Notes under the pieces: model-generated
Database searches by the model: none
Seen by the model: the letters and a program-made list of their open reading frames with translations, nothing else
Told to the model about the DNA's origin: nothing
Shown here: positions 41,718-55,441 of the stretch, in pieces
Numbering within the stretch: the first letter of the stretch is position 1
How the letters are laid out: each line of letters starts with the position of its first letter
Source of the DNA: Eledone cirrhosa
Taxonomy: Eukaryota
Assembly: GCA_964016885.1 (NCBI GenBank)
Contig: OZ024741.1
Span: 119,226,001 to 119,290,000, forward strand
Direction: 5' to 3'
DNA length: 64,000 nt
Translations under genes and position numbers: made by a program

Positions 41718-42840
41718 ATAATTGTTTCTACTTTAGGCACAAAGCCAACAATTTTCAAGGAGGGAAAAGACGATTAAATCAACCCTAGTGCATTACTGGT
41801 GCTTTATGTTATCAACCCCATAAAGAAGAAAGGCAAAGGTAACTTTGGTAGGCTTTGAACTCAGATTGTAAAGGGATACAACTATATACTGCAAAGTATG
41901 TTGTTTACCACTCTACTGATACTGCCAATCCATTGGCATATAAAATTATGGTTTCTGATTTAGGCACAAGGCCAGCAATGTTGGGGGAGGGGAAAGCCAA
42001 TTAAATCAAGACCAGTATATTACTGATACTTTATTTTATCGACCCCGTAAGAATGAAAGGCAAAGTTAACCTCAGAGAGGATTTGAACTCAGAATGGCAA
42101 GGGCCATAACTCTGTGCGTCAAAGCATGGCGTCCGACCCTCTATCAATACTGCCAATCCACCATAATAATAATTGTTTCTATAATTTGACACAAGGCAAG
42201 AAATTTGAAGGAAAGAGGAAAGTCAATTAAATTGACCCCAGTGTATTACTGGTACTTTATTTTATTGACCCTGTAAGGATGAAAGGCAAAGCAAACTTTA
42301 GAACATAGAAAAGCATAACCAAATGCTGCAAAGCAGTTTGTACAACACTACCTATACTGCCTATCCACCACCATAATAATAATAATACTTTCTTTATTAA
42401 CCACAATGGTTTACATAAAGTAGACATTAAGGACAATACAGGACGGTACAAATGGGCATTTCTGCATGTAAAAAAAATAAAAAATTGTTTCTATTTTGAG
42501 CATAAGGCCAGCAATTAACCACTACATTACTGGTACTTTATTTTATCGACCCCGTAAGGATGAAAGGCAAAGTTAATCCCGTCGAGGTTAACTTTGCCTT
42601 TCATCCTTACGGGGTCGATAAAATAAAGTACCAGTAATGCACTGAGATAATTACTGGCCTTTGCCTAAAGTAGAAACAATTATTATTATTATTTTTATTA
42701 TTTACGTCCCTTTACGATCTGAGTTCAAATCCCACCGAGGTTGACTTTGCCTTTCATCCTTACGGGGTCGATAAAATAAAGTACCAGTAATGCACTGGGT
42801 AATTGCTGGCCTTGTGCCAAAAGTAGAAACAATTATTATT
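41718..42840. mobile_element. Cluster of Deu/Nin-like SINEs: three tandem minus copies, an inverted pair (42484-42681) and a truncated plus copy
   Basis: Core motifs on both strands. Confidence 0.85.
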
Positions 42841-43244
42841 TTTATCATTATGGTGGTGGATAGGCAGTATAGGTAGAGTGATAATAATAACAATAATAAT
42901 TCATGTAGAATATTATATAGCCCAGATTCCATTAAACAAAATATGAGACAGAGGTGGATATGTTGCCCTATATCAAAACATTTATGGTGCAGTGCTGAAT
43001 ACGTTTTTTATTACATGTTATATTATATTATTTTTTCATTCTAAACACCATCTTTAAAAAGAAAGTGGCAGCTATACGTAAAAGCAAAAACAAAAAACAA
43101 AACAAAAACAGTTAACTACAATAAATATGACATATAATAATCTGTAAAGATGTAGCTTTTATTAGTGACAAACAAACGTTATCAGCGGTGATCAAGGGTA
43201 GGTTTCTAGAATACTGTTTATTTAACTATATCATATAACCTGTT

Positions 43245-43368
43245 GAGACAGGGGTGGGGTGGGGGGAGTGTATGTGAGAGAGAGACAGAAGGAGAGAGGG
43301 TGTGTGAGAGAGAGAGAATGAGAGAGGCAGGGAATGTGTGAGAGCAGGGCAGGGAGAGGGTGTGTGAG

Positions 43369-43399
<31 letters not shown>

Positions 43400-43840
43400 A
43401 TGAGAGAAGCCGGGGGGGGGGGGGGGGAGTGAGCAGGTGTGCGAAAGAGAGAGAGACAAAGTGTGTGTGAAAGAAAAAGGCAGACAGCGGATGTGAGAAA
43501 GAGGGAGACAGAATGTGTGAGAGGGTATGTGTAAGATAGAGAGTGTAAGAAAGAAAGAGAGAGATAAGATGAGAGAAAGAGACAGAGAGGCTGGGAGAGA
43601 GACAGAGAGTGTAATAAGAGGGTGTATGTGTGAGAGAGAGAGAGAGAGAGAGGTGCAGAGACAGGGTGAGAAAGAGAGAGAGTGTATGAAAGAGTGCATG
43701 TGAGAAAAAAAGACAGACAGAGAGAAAGTGTGTGTGAGTGAGAGAGAGAAAAGAGAAAGAGAGGAAGAGAGAAAGAGAGGAAGAGAGGAAGAGAGGATGT
43801 GTGAGAGAGTGTAGAAGAGAGGGAGGAGGAGGAGGAGGCA
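43245..43840. repeat. GA/GT-rich low-complexity tract
   Basis: Directly visible. A similar tract lies at 48190-48665. Confidence 0.9.
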
Positions 43841-44001
43841 GTTAAAAAGTTGCTAATGCATGCCAAACTACCTGTTCATTAAGTAGGTATTGAAAGATGT
43901 GAGTGTAGGTGTCCCTATCATCTTTACCATGGCTGCTGTTGAAATTAATATCAAAGATGGCTTTAATTAATGGGTACAATGGTTAGAAATATCAAAACGG
44001 C

Positions 44002-44892
44002 ATGGTGATGAGGATGGTGGTGATGGTGATGGTGGTGATGAGGGTGGTGATGGTGATGAGGATGGTGGTGATGGTGATGGTGGTGATGAGGGTGGTGGTG
44101 GTGATGAGGGTGGTGATGGTGATGAGGATGGTGGTGATGGTGATGGTGGTGATGAGGGTGGTGGTGGTGATGAGGATGGTGGTGGTGGTGATGAGGATGG
44201 TGGTGATGGTGATGATGATGGTGATGATGATGGTGATGATGGTGATGATGGTGATGATGGTGATGGTGATGATGATGGTGATGATGGTGGTGATGATGAT
44301 GATGATGGTGGTGGTGATGGTGGTGGTGATGATGATGGTGATGATGATGATGGTTAATGTAGTGTTGGGAATGGTGGTGGTGGCGAAGATGCTATCAATG
44401 ATGGCAATAGTTATCTTGATGATGGTGGTGGTGGTGGTGGTGGTTGTTGTGATGATGATGGTAGTCAAGGTGAGAATGATGGAGATGAGAGTAGAAACGA
44501 GAACAATTAGGATGGTGGTAGTGACGATGACGGCGGTGGAGGGAATGATGGTGATGGTAAGGATGGTTATTATAGTGATTATGATGCCAGTGATGTTGAT
44601 GGTAATGATGATGTTGATGATTATGGTGGCAGTAATGGTGATGAAGATGATTATGATGGTAGTGATGATGATGATGATTATGGTAGCAGTAATGATGATG
44701 GTGATGGGGATGATTATGGTGGCATTGATGGTGATGATGATGGTGATTATGGTGGCAGTAATGATGTTGATGAAGATTATGATAGCAGTAATGATGGTGG
44801 TGATGATGATGATTATGATGATGATCATGATAGTGATGATAATTATGATGATGATGATGATTATGGTGGAGTAATGATGGTGGTGATGATGG
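44002..44892. repeat. (GAT/GGT)n trinucleotide satellite
   Basis: Directly visible. Similar tracts at 48745-49220, 49380-49600 and 63405-63660. Confidence 0.9.
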
Positions 44893-44964
44893 TCAGTATA
44901 GACTATTAGAAAAAGAAATACTAAACTGGTGAATGTAGTACCCCCCTCTCTCATATAAATAAAG

Positions 44965-45010
<46 letters not shown>

Positions 45011-45278
45011 TGTTTTCTATCTATCTATATACATATATCTCACATTCCCCATCTCACTCTCTAACTATCACATAATTTGGGTGAAATTAACGACAGATTT
45101 GTGGAATATTAGAAAAGAAAAATGTGATAATTACTCCAGTATGAAATATTCATTGCAAAGGTACTTAATTGGCAGAGATTTCATACCTTTTTAAAATTAT
45201 ATTTTAATAGCATAGAAACATGATAATATGCATGTGTGTTTGTACGTGTGTGTCAGTATATATGTGAGTATGTGTGTG

Positions 45279-45310
<32 letters not shown>

Positions 45311-45987
45311 CATGTGTGTCAGCATATATATATTATGTATGTATATAATGTATACAATAACAAGTATTTTACAAAGTAGAGGTTAGCTTTGTTGCTCCCA
45401 TGGAATCCTTACTATGGCAATGTTTCATGGCCAGATGCCCTTCCTGCTGGTAACCCATTTTTTCACGTTTTATGGTGAACCTATTCTAAACTGGATAGGT
45501 GGTGAATTGGCAGAGTCGTTAGAACGCCAGATAGAATGCTTTGAGGTATTCGTTCCAGCACTCTGCTCTCTGAGTTCAAATCCCACCAACGTCAACTTTG
45601 CCTTCCATCCATTTATAGTTGTTAAAAAAAGTACCAGTCAAGTACTGGGGTTGATTCTTCCTCTATATCTCTTTCTTACTTCCATTATCACTCTTTCTAT
45701 CCTTCTCTGGAAGAAATCTGCTCGACTCAGGCCTGAAGAGGGGATAAAAAATGCCCTAGAAATGCTGTATGTCAATATGGCACCTCTACAACTCCTCAGA
45801 AGTTAGGGTCTATAACATATCATTCTAACCCTAACATGGACTCTTCTTGTCCTATTTTTTCTCTCTGTCTCATTCAATCTTTCAATGAAGGACTATTGTC
45901 CGAAACATGTGTACATATATGTATATGTACAGATAGCATATGTGCCTGTGTGTGTGAATATGTATGTATTGCATACACTCCTGTATT

Positions 45988-47452
45988 TCATCATCATCAT
46001 CATCATTTAATGTCTATCTTCCACGCTAGCATGGGTTTAGACGGGAATTGTCCCATTTGCTCATATAGGACTGTTGGCGGGTTTTCTACGGCTGGATGCC
46101 ATTCCTAACACCAACCACGTTTACAGTGTGGACTGGGAGGTTTTTACTGTTACCTACACGACCACATTACAGTGTGGACTGTGTGTTATTTTGTTGTGAC
46201 ACCTACATGACCTCATTTATTTTGGAATGGATGTTGTGGTACCAACATAACTTTACAGAGAAAGGGGAGGTGTTGATGGGGGTGGGGTTAGGGTTAGTGG
46301 GATGGGGGCGTATTTTTGGTTAAGAGGTGCCTACTGACTGTAGGTTTTGCTTTGTACTTAGGCAAGGCGGGTCTTCTGTATTACTGTGTAGCGCCAAAGA
46401 TCTCGGTCCACTGACATTGTCTTGGAGAGGTGTAAGTGTGTAAGGTCGGAATTTATCAAATCGTCCCAGGTTTTTCTGGATCTACCTACTCCGTAGCGTC
46501 CATAAATTTTGATCGCCCTGCACTTTTTTATACAGCTGTCGTCTTTCATGCGCATCACGTGACCATACCAACGTAGTCTTCTCTCGAGTAAACAGCATCT
46601 GATCCCTCTTATTTCTAATGTCTCATTTAGTTCATTTATGCTTTGCCGTTTGCGTATATTACTATTACACATCCAACAGAGCATGCAAACTTCGTTCCTT
46701 TCCAGTCTACGCAGGTCCTCTGCACGTAATGCCCACGTCTCACTGCCATGTAACATTGCTGTTCGTATGCAGGCATCATACAATCTGCCTTTCATTTTTA
46801 GAGAGAAACATTTAGTGGCCAATAGTCGTATAAGCTCTCTGAACTTTTTCCATCCTGTTCTGGCTACTGTACTTTCAGAGCACCCTCCACCACTGCTGAT
46901 TTTGTCACCCAGGTAACGGAAAGTGTTCACTATTTCTATAGAACCATCTGGGCAATGGAAGGAGCTAGTATCCTGTGGGCACTTGCTACTTATTGCACCT
47001 GAGCACTGGCCACATATAAAATCTATGTTCTTAGTTAGCTTACCTGTGATCCCACTACATCTTTTATGCACCCATAGTTTGCATTTGGGACATAAAATTG
47101 AATTTTTACCTACTCCTTTACTACACACTGAGCGTGGCCATTTCCCAGAGGGGACCAGTGCCCTATTTTCCTTCCTACATACTAGAACTTTAGTTAATTT
47201 TAAGGCCTTTTGATTCTAGGCCATGCTTCCATGTTTGGAATTTCTTCTCTAGTTCAGCCATTGATTCAGCTTTGAGCGTTAGATCATCTGCATATAGAAG
47301 TTCCCATGGGCAGCCGGTCTTGAACTCCTCTGTTATAGCCTGAAGGGCAATAATAAATAGTAGGCAGATAAGGACAGAGCCCTGATGAACGCCAACTTTT
47401 ACACTAAATTCTTCACTATATTTGTTGTTAATTCTAACTTTGCTGACTGTTT
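45988..47452 (-). mobile_element. Second, frameshifted RTE LINE copy of the same family as 19346-21403
   Basis: ORF 46358-47128 is clearly homologous (FRYLGDKISS, LHGSETW, RRLRWYGHVMR). Upstream YADDL near 47280-47298; shared 3' UTR. Confidence 0.9.
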
Positions 47453-47963
47453 CTTGTGTATATATATATGTACTGTATATACTCCTGTATTTATGTAGAT
47501 GTATGTACTGTATATACTTCTGTATGTATGTGTGTGTGTGTGTGTATGTACTCCTCTGTGTGTGTATATGTACTGCATGTATTTGTGTACATGTATGTAT
47601 TGAATATACTTCTGTATACGTGTGTGTGTATGTGTATGTATGTACTCCTCTGTGTGTGTATATGAACTGTATATACTCCTATATTTGTGTATATGTATGT
47701 ATTTTATATACGTCTATGTTTGTGTGTGCATATGTATGTACTGTATATACTCCTATGTGTGTGTGTGCATATGTATGTAGTGTATGTACTCCTGCATTTA
47801 TGTATATGTATGTACTGTACATACTGTTGTATATGTGTGTGTGTGCATATGTATGTATTGTATATATGCCTGTATTTATGTGTATGTATGTACTGTACAT
47901 ACTTCTGTATGTGTGTGTATATATGCACAGTATACGTTATGTAAATGTATGCATGTTATGTAT

Positions 47964-48019
<56 letters not shown>

Positions 48020-49849
48020 CCTGCATAAGCCACACCTTTTCCATAAAAATATGATGTGGAAACCTGACATGTAACTTATTGACTGGACATACAAAAACAT
48101 AATTCAGAATATATGACTGTATTGTTGTTGTTGTTGTTGTTGTTGTGGTGGTGGTGTGTGTAACCACTGGAGAGGTAGGAAGAGATTCAATGGTTGAGAG
48201 AGTGAGAGGGGAAGATGAAAGCAAGGAAGATAGGGAGACATGAGAGAGGGGTTTAGAGAGAGAGAATGATAGAGAGAGAGAGAGATACGAGAGAAAGATA
48301 TGAGAAAGAGAGAGAGAAAGACATGAGAGAGAGATGAGAGAGAGAGATTAGAGAGAGAATGATGAGAGATGAGGAGACATGAGAGAGAATGATGAGAGAT
48401 GAGGAGACATGAGAGAGAATGATGAGAGATGAGAGGGAGAAAGATAGAGACATGAGAGATGAGAGAGATGAAAGAGAGAGAGATGTGAGAGATGAGAGAG
48501 AGAGAGACGTGAGAGAGAGATATGAGAGATGAGAGAGAGAAAGATAGAAGAAGAGAGAGAGAGATATGAGAGATGAGAGAGAGAAAGATAGAAGGAGAGA
48601 GAGAGAGACATGAGAGATGAAAGAAATAGAGATGAAAGAGAGAGAGAGAGAGAGATGAGAGGGGGGTGAAAGCTGCAACAGCAGATGTGATGATCATGTA
48701 AATTATATTGTTGTAACAACACTTGAGAGTCTAATACATCTGATATGTCCATCACCACCATTATCATTATCACCACCATCACCATCACCATCAACAACAT
48801 TATAGTCATCATCATCATCATTGTTGTTGTTTTCAGTATAACCATCAGTGTCAGCGTCATCATCATCACACAATCATCATCATTATCATTACCATCATCA
48901 TCATCAACATCACTACCATCCTTGATGTCAGTGTTATCGTCATCACCATCATTGCCATCATCATCATTAACATAACCACCATCCTTGATGTCAATGTCGT
49001 CATTGTCACGATCATCATCATTGACATCATCATCATCACCATCACTTCCATCCATCATGTCAGTATCATCATCATCATCATCATCATTACAACCATCCTT
49101 GATGTTAGTGTTGTCATCATCATCATCATCACCATCACTTCCATTCTTGATGTCAGTATCATCATCATCATCACCACAACAACATCCTTGATGTTAGTGT
49201 TGTCATCATCATCATCATAATCCTCAGAGGAATATGATGTGATGTAATTACTTTAATGAGGTGGGGAGGCAATGCATGGATGTGACTCTCCATCTCCCCC
49301 CCCCCCTCTCTCTCTCTCTCTTATACTCCAATCAAACCATGCAATGTTTTAAGGCAAAACCAAGTCAGAAATTGTACCCCTCCTCCTCCTCCTAGTACTA
49401 CCACTACTACTACTACTCCCCAGTATCATCACCACTTCCACCACCATTACCTTTGTCATCACCAGTGTAGTAGGCAGCATTATCATCCCCTCCACCACCA
49501 CCACCACCACATGCAACACCACCATCATCACCTTCACTACCATAATCCTCTTCACTACCATCACCACCACCATCACCACCATTATTGTCATTACCAACAT
49601 CATGGTAGATTGTTAGAATTGTTAAAGTCATTAAACGAAATACTTTGTAATATTTGATCTAGCTATTTATGTTCAGAGTTCAGGATCGATAATCTAAAAT
49701 ACCAGTCACGTATTGTGGTCAATTTAATGGGCTAACAACACCTCTCTTAAATTTCTGACCTTGTTCCTACGTTAGATACAATTATTACAAAATTTGAAAT
49801 GCGTGCATCACCAATGCAAATGACCACAATAATAGTTGAGAAAATCAGG

Positions 49850-50060
49850 TGGAGTAAACACTTCATTTCATATTGCTCAAGTATACTCAACTAACAATGA
49901 GTACTAGCAATAGTTGGGAGTTTAACTCTGTGATGGACTGGCATACTGTCCAGGGGGCAATATTGTACTCTCAGTCACTTAACACCATGGATAAGCACAC
50001 AAGATAAGCACATGGAAACCCTGATGAGCCCCTGGGCTTGAGATAGACTTTATACTAGTC
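49850..50060 (+). mobile_element. V-domain-like SINE fragment
   Basis: gatggactggcatactgtccagggg resembles the V-SINE domain; related fragment at about 61320-61480 (-). Confidence 0.5.
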
Positions 50061-50254
50061 CTCTGAAGGTGGAAAAAGTGGATGGAGACATCTCTGTCCA
50101 CATTTTTTTATGTAATCTACCTGACTATTATTATGGTCATTTGCATTGGTGATGGCACACATATCAAATTTCCCCAGTGCGTCTTATGTCAACTGCTTTG
50201 TTTACACAATTATTTTTTTTTTTTTGCCCAGAAGAGAATTACATTATCCAATGT

Positions 50255-50535
50255 ATCCTGTTAGTGTGTGATATGTGAAAGATTAGGCTACTGTTTTTAC
50301 CAGTTGCAGTCGAGCCCATGGCAGTGGAGACTTCTGGTGTCCTTGACTCTAGGGCCACCTCCCTTCTCACCACCATCAGCACAGAGTTGGCTACCCACAG
50401 GTGTGAGCCTCGTGAGCTGGAATGGTTCTTCCAGCATGTCTCCATCATCATCCACCGAGGAAACACCTTCGCTATTCTGTCCACTGGGACTGCTGGGTGG
50501 CCAGCACGTGGACCCCCATTTGCTCACAATAGTAA
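50255..50535 (+). mobile_element. 3' fragment of a CRE-like (RLE-type) non-LTR retrotransposon
   Basis: EPMAVETSGVL...ELEWFFQHVSIIIHRGNTFAIL resembles the PxAxETxG...FQRLSxxxQRGNA C-terminus of CRE-clade proteins. Confidence 0.65.
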
Positions 50536-50734
50536 GAGATGGGGAGAGCAGGAGAGATGGAGACAGTGATAGTGAGAGTTTGGTTCTTTTGTGTTCAGAC
50601 CTGGTGTATATATGTGTATACAAAATAAAGTATAACATGTTTTCAGCAAAAAAGAATTTGACTTGTGTTGTTGTTATTGTTGTTGACAACAGTTAAATGA
50701 AGAATTATTTTTGCTGATAATGAGGCCAATAATA

Positions 50735-50948
50735 ATAATTGTTTCTACTTTTGGCACAAGACCAGCAATTTAAAGGGAAAGGGAAAATCAATTAAATCAA
50801 CCCCAGTGCATTACTGCTACTTTATTTCATTGACTTCATAAGGATGAAAGGCAAAGCTGATCTCAGCGGGATTTGAACTCAGAATGTAGAAAGTCTTAAG
50901 TAAATACTGCAAAGCATATTGTCCGATGCTCTACTGATACTGTCAATC
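50735..50948 (-). mobile_element. Deu/Nin-like SINE (further copies about 55060-55152 +, 55590-55712 -, 57760-57895 +, 59500-59710 +)
   Basis: Core motifs present. Confidence 0.8.
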
Positions 50949-51297
50949 TAATTCCCTGATGCTGATAATAATAATGATGAGGATGAAGGTGATGATGATG
51001 ACAAGAGTAACTGGTGTGAAGAAGTTTGTTGTTCATGCAATGGGGAATGACATGCTGGAAGTGAAATTCTTTCATGTTAATAGTGCAGTGGTGGGGGTGA
51101 GTGTTGTAGTGGTTGTGGGCGTTTGTGGTGGTGTAGTGGAGGAGATAGTGTCAGTAGTAGTAGTAGTAGTGGAGGTAGTGCTCATGGTGGTGGTGGCAGT
51201 GTTAGTAGTAATAATAGTACTAGGTGTGTAGGTGGCAGTGGCAGCAGCAATAATGGTGCGTAAAATGAGTTGTTAGTGTTCGGTCAGGGTGTGGTTG

Positions 51298-51563
51298 CAA
51301 GAAGGAGGAGAAGGGGGAGAAAAAGAAAAAGAAACGAAAAAGAAAAAAAAAGAAAAAAAGAAAAAAAGAAAAAAAGAAAAAGAAAAAGAAAAAAAGAAAA
51401 AGAAAAAAAAAGAAAAAAAAAGAAAAAAAAGAAAAAAAAGAAAAAAAGAAAAAGAAAAAAAGAAGAAAAAGAAAACAAGAAGAAAAAGAAAACGAAAAAA
51501 AAGAAGAAGAAGAAGAAGAAGAAGAAGAAGAAGAAGAAGAAGAAGAAGAAGAAGAAGAAGAAA
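51298..51563. repeat. Nearly pure purine tract, (A5-7G)n then (AAG)n
   Basis: Directly visible. Confidence 0.95.
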
Positions 51564-54500
51564 CAGTCGTCTTTCCACTTCATATGATATCATTATTTGA
51601 ATTCTGAGAGAAAAAAAGCCATTTCTAAAGTTAGCAGAGAAACATCTCACATTGCATGGCAATAGATGCATAATTCCTTTCATCAAATCAACATTTATAT
51701 TTAGAGAGTTGTTGAAAATTTAGACAATTATTTCTGTAGGTAGCCATGAAGCAGAAAATGTGATGATGAAGATGATGAGGAGGAGGAGGGTGAGGAGGAG
51801 GGGAAGGGGAGGAGGCTGAGAAGGTGGAAGAACGGCGATGAGGAGGTTGTGGTGGAGGATGAGGAGAAGATGGTGGTGATGATGAGGAGGGGAAGGATAT
51901 GAGTGGGATGAGGATGAGGTAGTTAGACTTCTGTAGAGTTTGGTTCCTTAAACATAAATAGAGATATATACAGCTTGCACTACTGCTTAGTTTTGTTTAC
52001 TTTTTGAAATTATATATATATTTTTTGTTCTCTCATCTTGATGCACCCGTACTGTAAAGTGGCTGGTGACAGGGAAGGCACCCACTCGTAAAAACCTTAC
52101 CAAATAAAAAAATCAGAAAGGTTCTTTAGTTGTGTCAAAGACACATTAACATCTCTAGTGTTGATTATACACATGATAAAAACACTGAGTATACCATGTA
52201 AACTGGTTGGTGGCAGGAAAGGCATCTAGCAACACAAAGCTTACCAAACAAAGAGCTGAAAGGACTCTTCAGTTGCGAGAAAGACATGGCAACCTTAAGT
52301 TGGTGATCTACATGATAAACACACCTGGTACACTGTGTAATGTGGTTGGTTTTAGGAAGATCATCCATAGAAACCTACCAAACAATAGGTTGGGTGGACA
52401 CCTTGATTGTCAAAAACATGACAACCTCCCTAGTGTTGCTGTCATGATAAAATGCACTCAGTAGAGCACAGGAATATATTTAACTCTTTAGCATTTAAAC
52501 CAGCCATACCCAGCCAGAACTCCCTCACTTCTTTCTGTTCAAACTGGCTGTAACAGGCCACTCATAACTGATGTTAAGGTATTGTTCTCAAAATAAACAA
52601 TATAAAAATCTCATAGATTTGATATTGTGTAAGATAAAGCTTTTACCATGAAAATACAATAGTAAATATAGAGTATTGTAAATGGTACAGAGTTAAGCAA
52701 GATGCAGGCTCCTGGCCTAACTGAGAGGTTAGTAGTTCAGTCTGTGTACTAACTTGGTATGCAAAGAACCGCCCAAACCTTACTAGCAGGGGAAATGGAC
52801 ATTAAATAACATCACTACTTGCTTTAAACAGTATTGCATGGAGACAAGCATAAACAAATACACACATACACACTCATATACATACATAAACACATACCCA
52901 CATACAGAGATATATACATACACATAAATATATAGACACATAGATACAAACACACACATACAGATATATATAAACATACATAGACTAGATAGATATATGT
53001 ATACACCATACACATTCAGATGCATAAAGATACACAGATACATATACACACACATACATATAAACACATATATATATATACAAACACACATACATACAAA
53101 CATACACACAAATATATATTGCTAGACCTAATTACATGACTACTTGATCACAATTGACTATGTACACAGCAACAAGTGGAGTATGGTGGTGGTGGTGGTG
53201 GTGGTGATGTTGCTGCTTATGCTGATGATGGTAATGGTGGTAATAGTGATGCTGTTGATGATGATGAGTGACGAACTACCTTACACTTTATGTCTACCAA
53301 ATTCCTTAACATAAAAATGGCCAGCCTAAGGAATGGAAGGATGTCACTATTCCTGTCTGGGGATAGGAATGGCTGGATTGCCCTGACTGCTTCATACATC
53401 TCAAGACATGGGAGCTTCTAAGTCTAAGTCTGTGGCTATAGTAGAAGACACAAACGTAAAGTGCCTCGCAGAGCTCTAGCAGCCATAAAGCATACTGAAG
53501 TATAAAATACTAAAACATACTACAACATGCATGCATGCATTCTCCCGTAACTCCTGAGGGAGTTGTAGAGGCGCCATGTAGACATACAGTGTTTCTAGGG
53601 CATTTTTAAAACCTGACAGAGCCCATCCCTCTCCAGATCTGAATACAACAGATTTCTTTCAGAGAAGAATAGAGAATGAGAGAATGAAAGTGAGAAAGAG
53701 ATATAGTGGAAGAATTGACCCTAGTGCTTGACTAGTATTTTTTTTTATCAACCTCAAATAGATGAAAGGCAAAGTTGAGTTCGGTGGGATTTGAACTCAA
53801 AGAGTAGAGAGCTGAAATGAATACTGCAAAGCATTCTATGCAATGTTCTAACAACTCTACTAATTCTCTGCCTATGACATACTGAAGTATAAAATTCTTC
53901 CCCTCACCCTATTTCACAATGATAAAAACGAATGGAACAACCAAAATGAGAACCAGGAAAGCTGCTATCAATTTCAGGAATCATACCAAAATACACCAAG
54001 ACATCCTACCAGGAGATTTATTTCAGTTCAAATTCTTGCAGTTTATATTCTTCACTTATGAATCAGAACCAGAGTGAGGGGAGATCCTCTCTTTAGGGTA
54101 TGTGAGTAGGTAGGTGTTGGTTGGTAAAGGTGTGTCAGATGGAAGGAGAAGGCTGTAGGGTGGATGAATGGTGCTAACAGTACCCAATAGTAGAGGCAGT
54201 GAAAATTAGTGAGGAAAGGGGAGAGAAACTATTGTCTAAGACAGGTGCTTCTTCTGTAAAGTACCAAATTAAGCTCTGTAATGGTTTTAATAACAGATGT
54301 TTTACTATGATGCAACAGTTTTTTCTTTTCTTACTTTTGTTAATTTTTATGGAGATTTTTGTTTTTGTTGTTTATTTTTAAACTAACAGCCAAGTTTATA
54401 TTTTTAGAATATTCCTGCAGACTTTAGTTTTAAATTTTATTTAATTGTTTATCTACATACCTGCCCATTTGTTTGGTTGTATGTCTGTCTAGCTATCTCT

Positions 54501-55297
54501 CTCTCAGTCAATCTGTATACTTATTTAGTGGCATACATACACACATACTAGATACATATGTATATACATAAGTAACTTACATGTGTTACATATACATACA
54601 TTACATTATATAAACACATATTACACATGCACACATATACACACATACATATGCACACACCAGATATCTTTTAGTTGCTTGGTTACAATCAAAACAACAT
54701 ATTCACCAAAAACCAAGTTGTGAAGCACTAAACTGCCATTAATTTTCGTTTTATTTACTTTGCAAACACTTTGTAAAACAAATCCAATTTTGTGAAACCA
54801 GTATGGAATTTTACAGAAATTTACAAAGAAAGAAAATTATTTAAAGACTCCTTATTATGCACACACTTCCACATTATACACCTGCCTTACCATGATGGCA
54901 TGGGTTAGACAAGACTTTTTTGAGGCAATCTGTGAGATATTGTTCATGCAGGATGTAAACAAACATGACTGACTGCTCACAGTTATGTGTATTTCAATGG
55001 TATCTGTTATGTAATCCTTAGATACAATCTCATCAGACAGTATTTTTACTTGAATTACCATTTTGCCTTTCATCTTTACGGGGTCGATAAAATAAAGTAC
55101 CAGTAATGCACTGGGTAATTGCTGGCCTTGTGCCTAAAGTAGAAACAATTATGTGATATACCATATTAATCTATACCCAAAACCTAATAATGGATTTATT
55201 ATCAGAGAATTACCAATATATATATATATAGTGGTAGGACACTGGAAGGTAATATCCGTAGTGGTAGAGCACTCAGTCCATGGGACAAGTTAGGTAG

Positions 55298-55441
55298 AAG
55301 TGGTTACACAACAGTTAGTTCACCATACCGAGAACAATTGTTTCACCTTAGCGGATCCTCAGCTTGTAATTATGAGCTGAGGATCTGCTAAGGTGAAACA
55401 ATTGTTCTCAGTATGGTGAACTAACTGTTGTGTAACCACTT
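55298..55441. ncRNA. 144-bp palindrome made of two divergent minimal hammerhead motifs (55330-55365 -, 55374-55409 +)
   Basis: Plus arm reads gag-CTGAGGA-tctgctaaggt-GAAAC-AATT-GTT-ctc and is mirrored on the minus strand. Element 55231-55441 is flanked by (TA)n. Confidence 0.75.

Noticed and set aside
43992-45011. Poly-Ile/Thr and poly-Met/Val ORFs
   Set aside because: (GAT/GGT)n artefacts.
51270-51686. Lys/Arg-rich protamine-like ORFs
   Set aside because: Translation of the polypurine tract.
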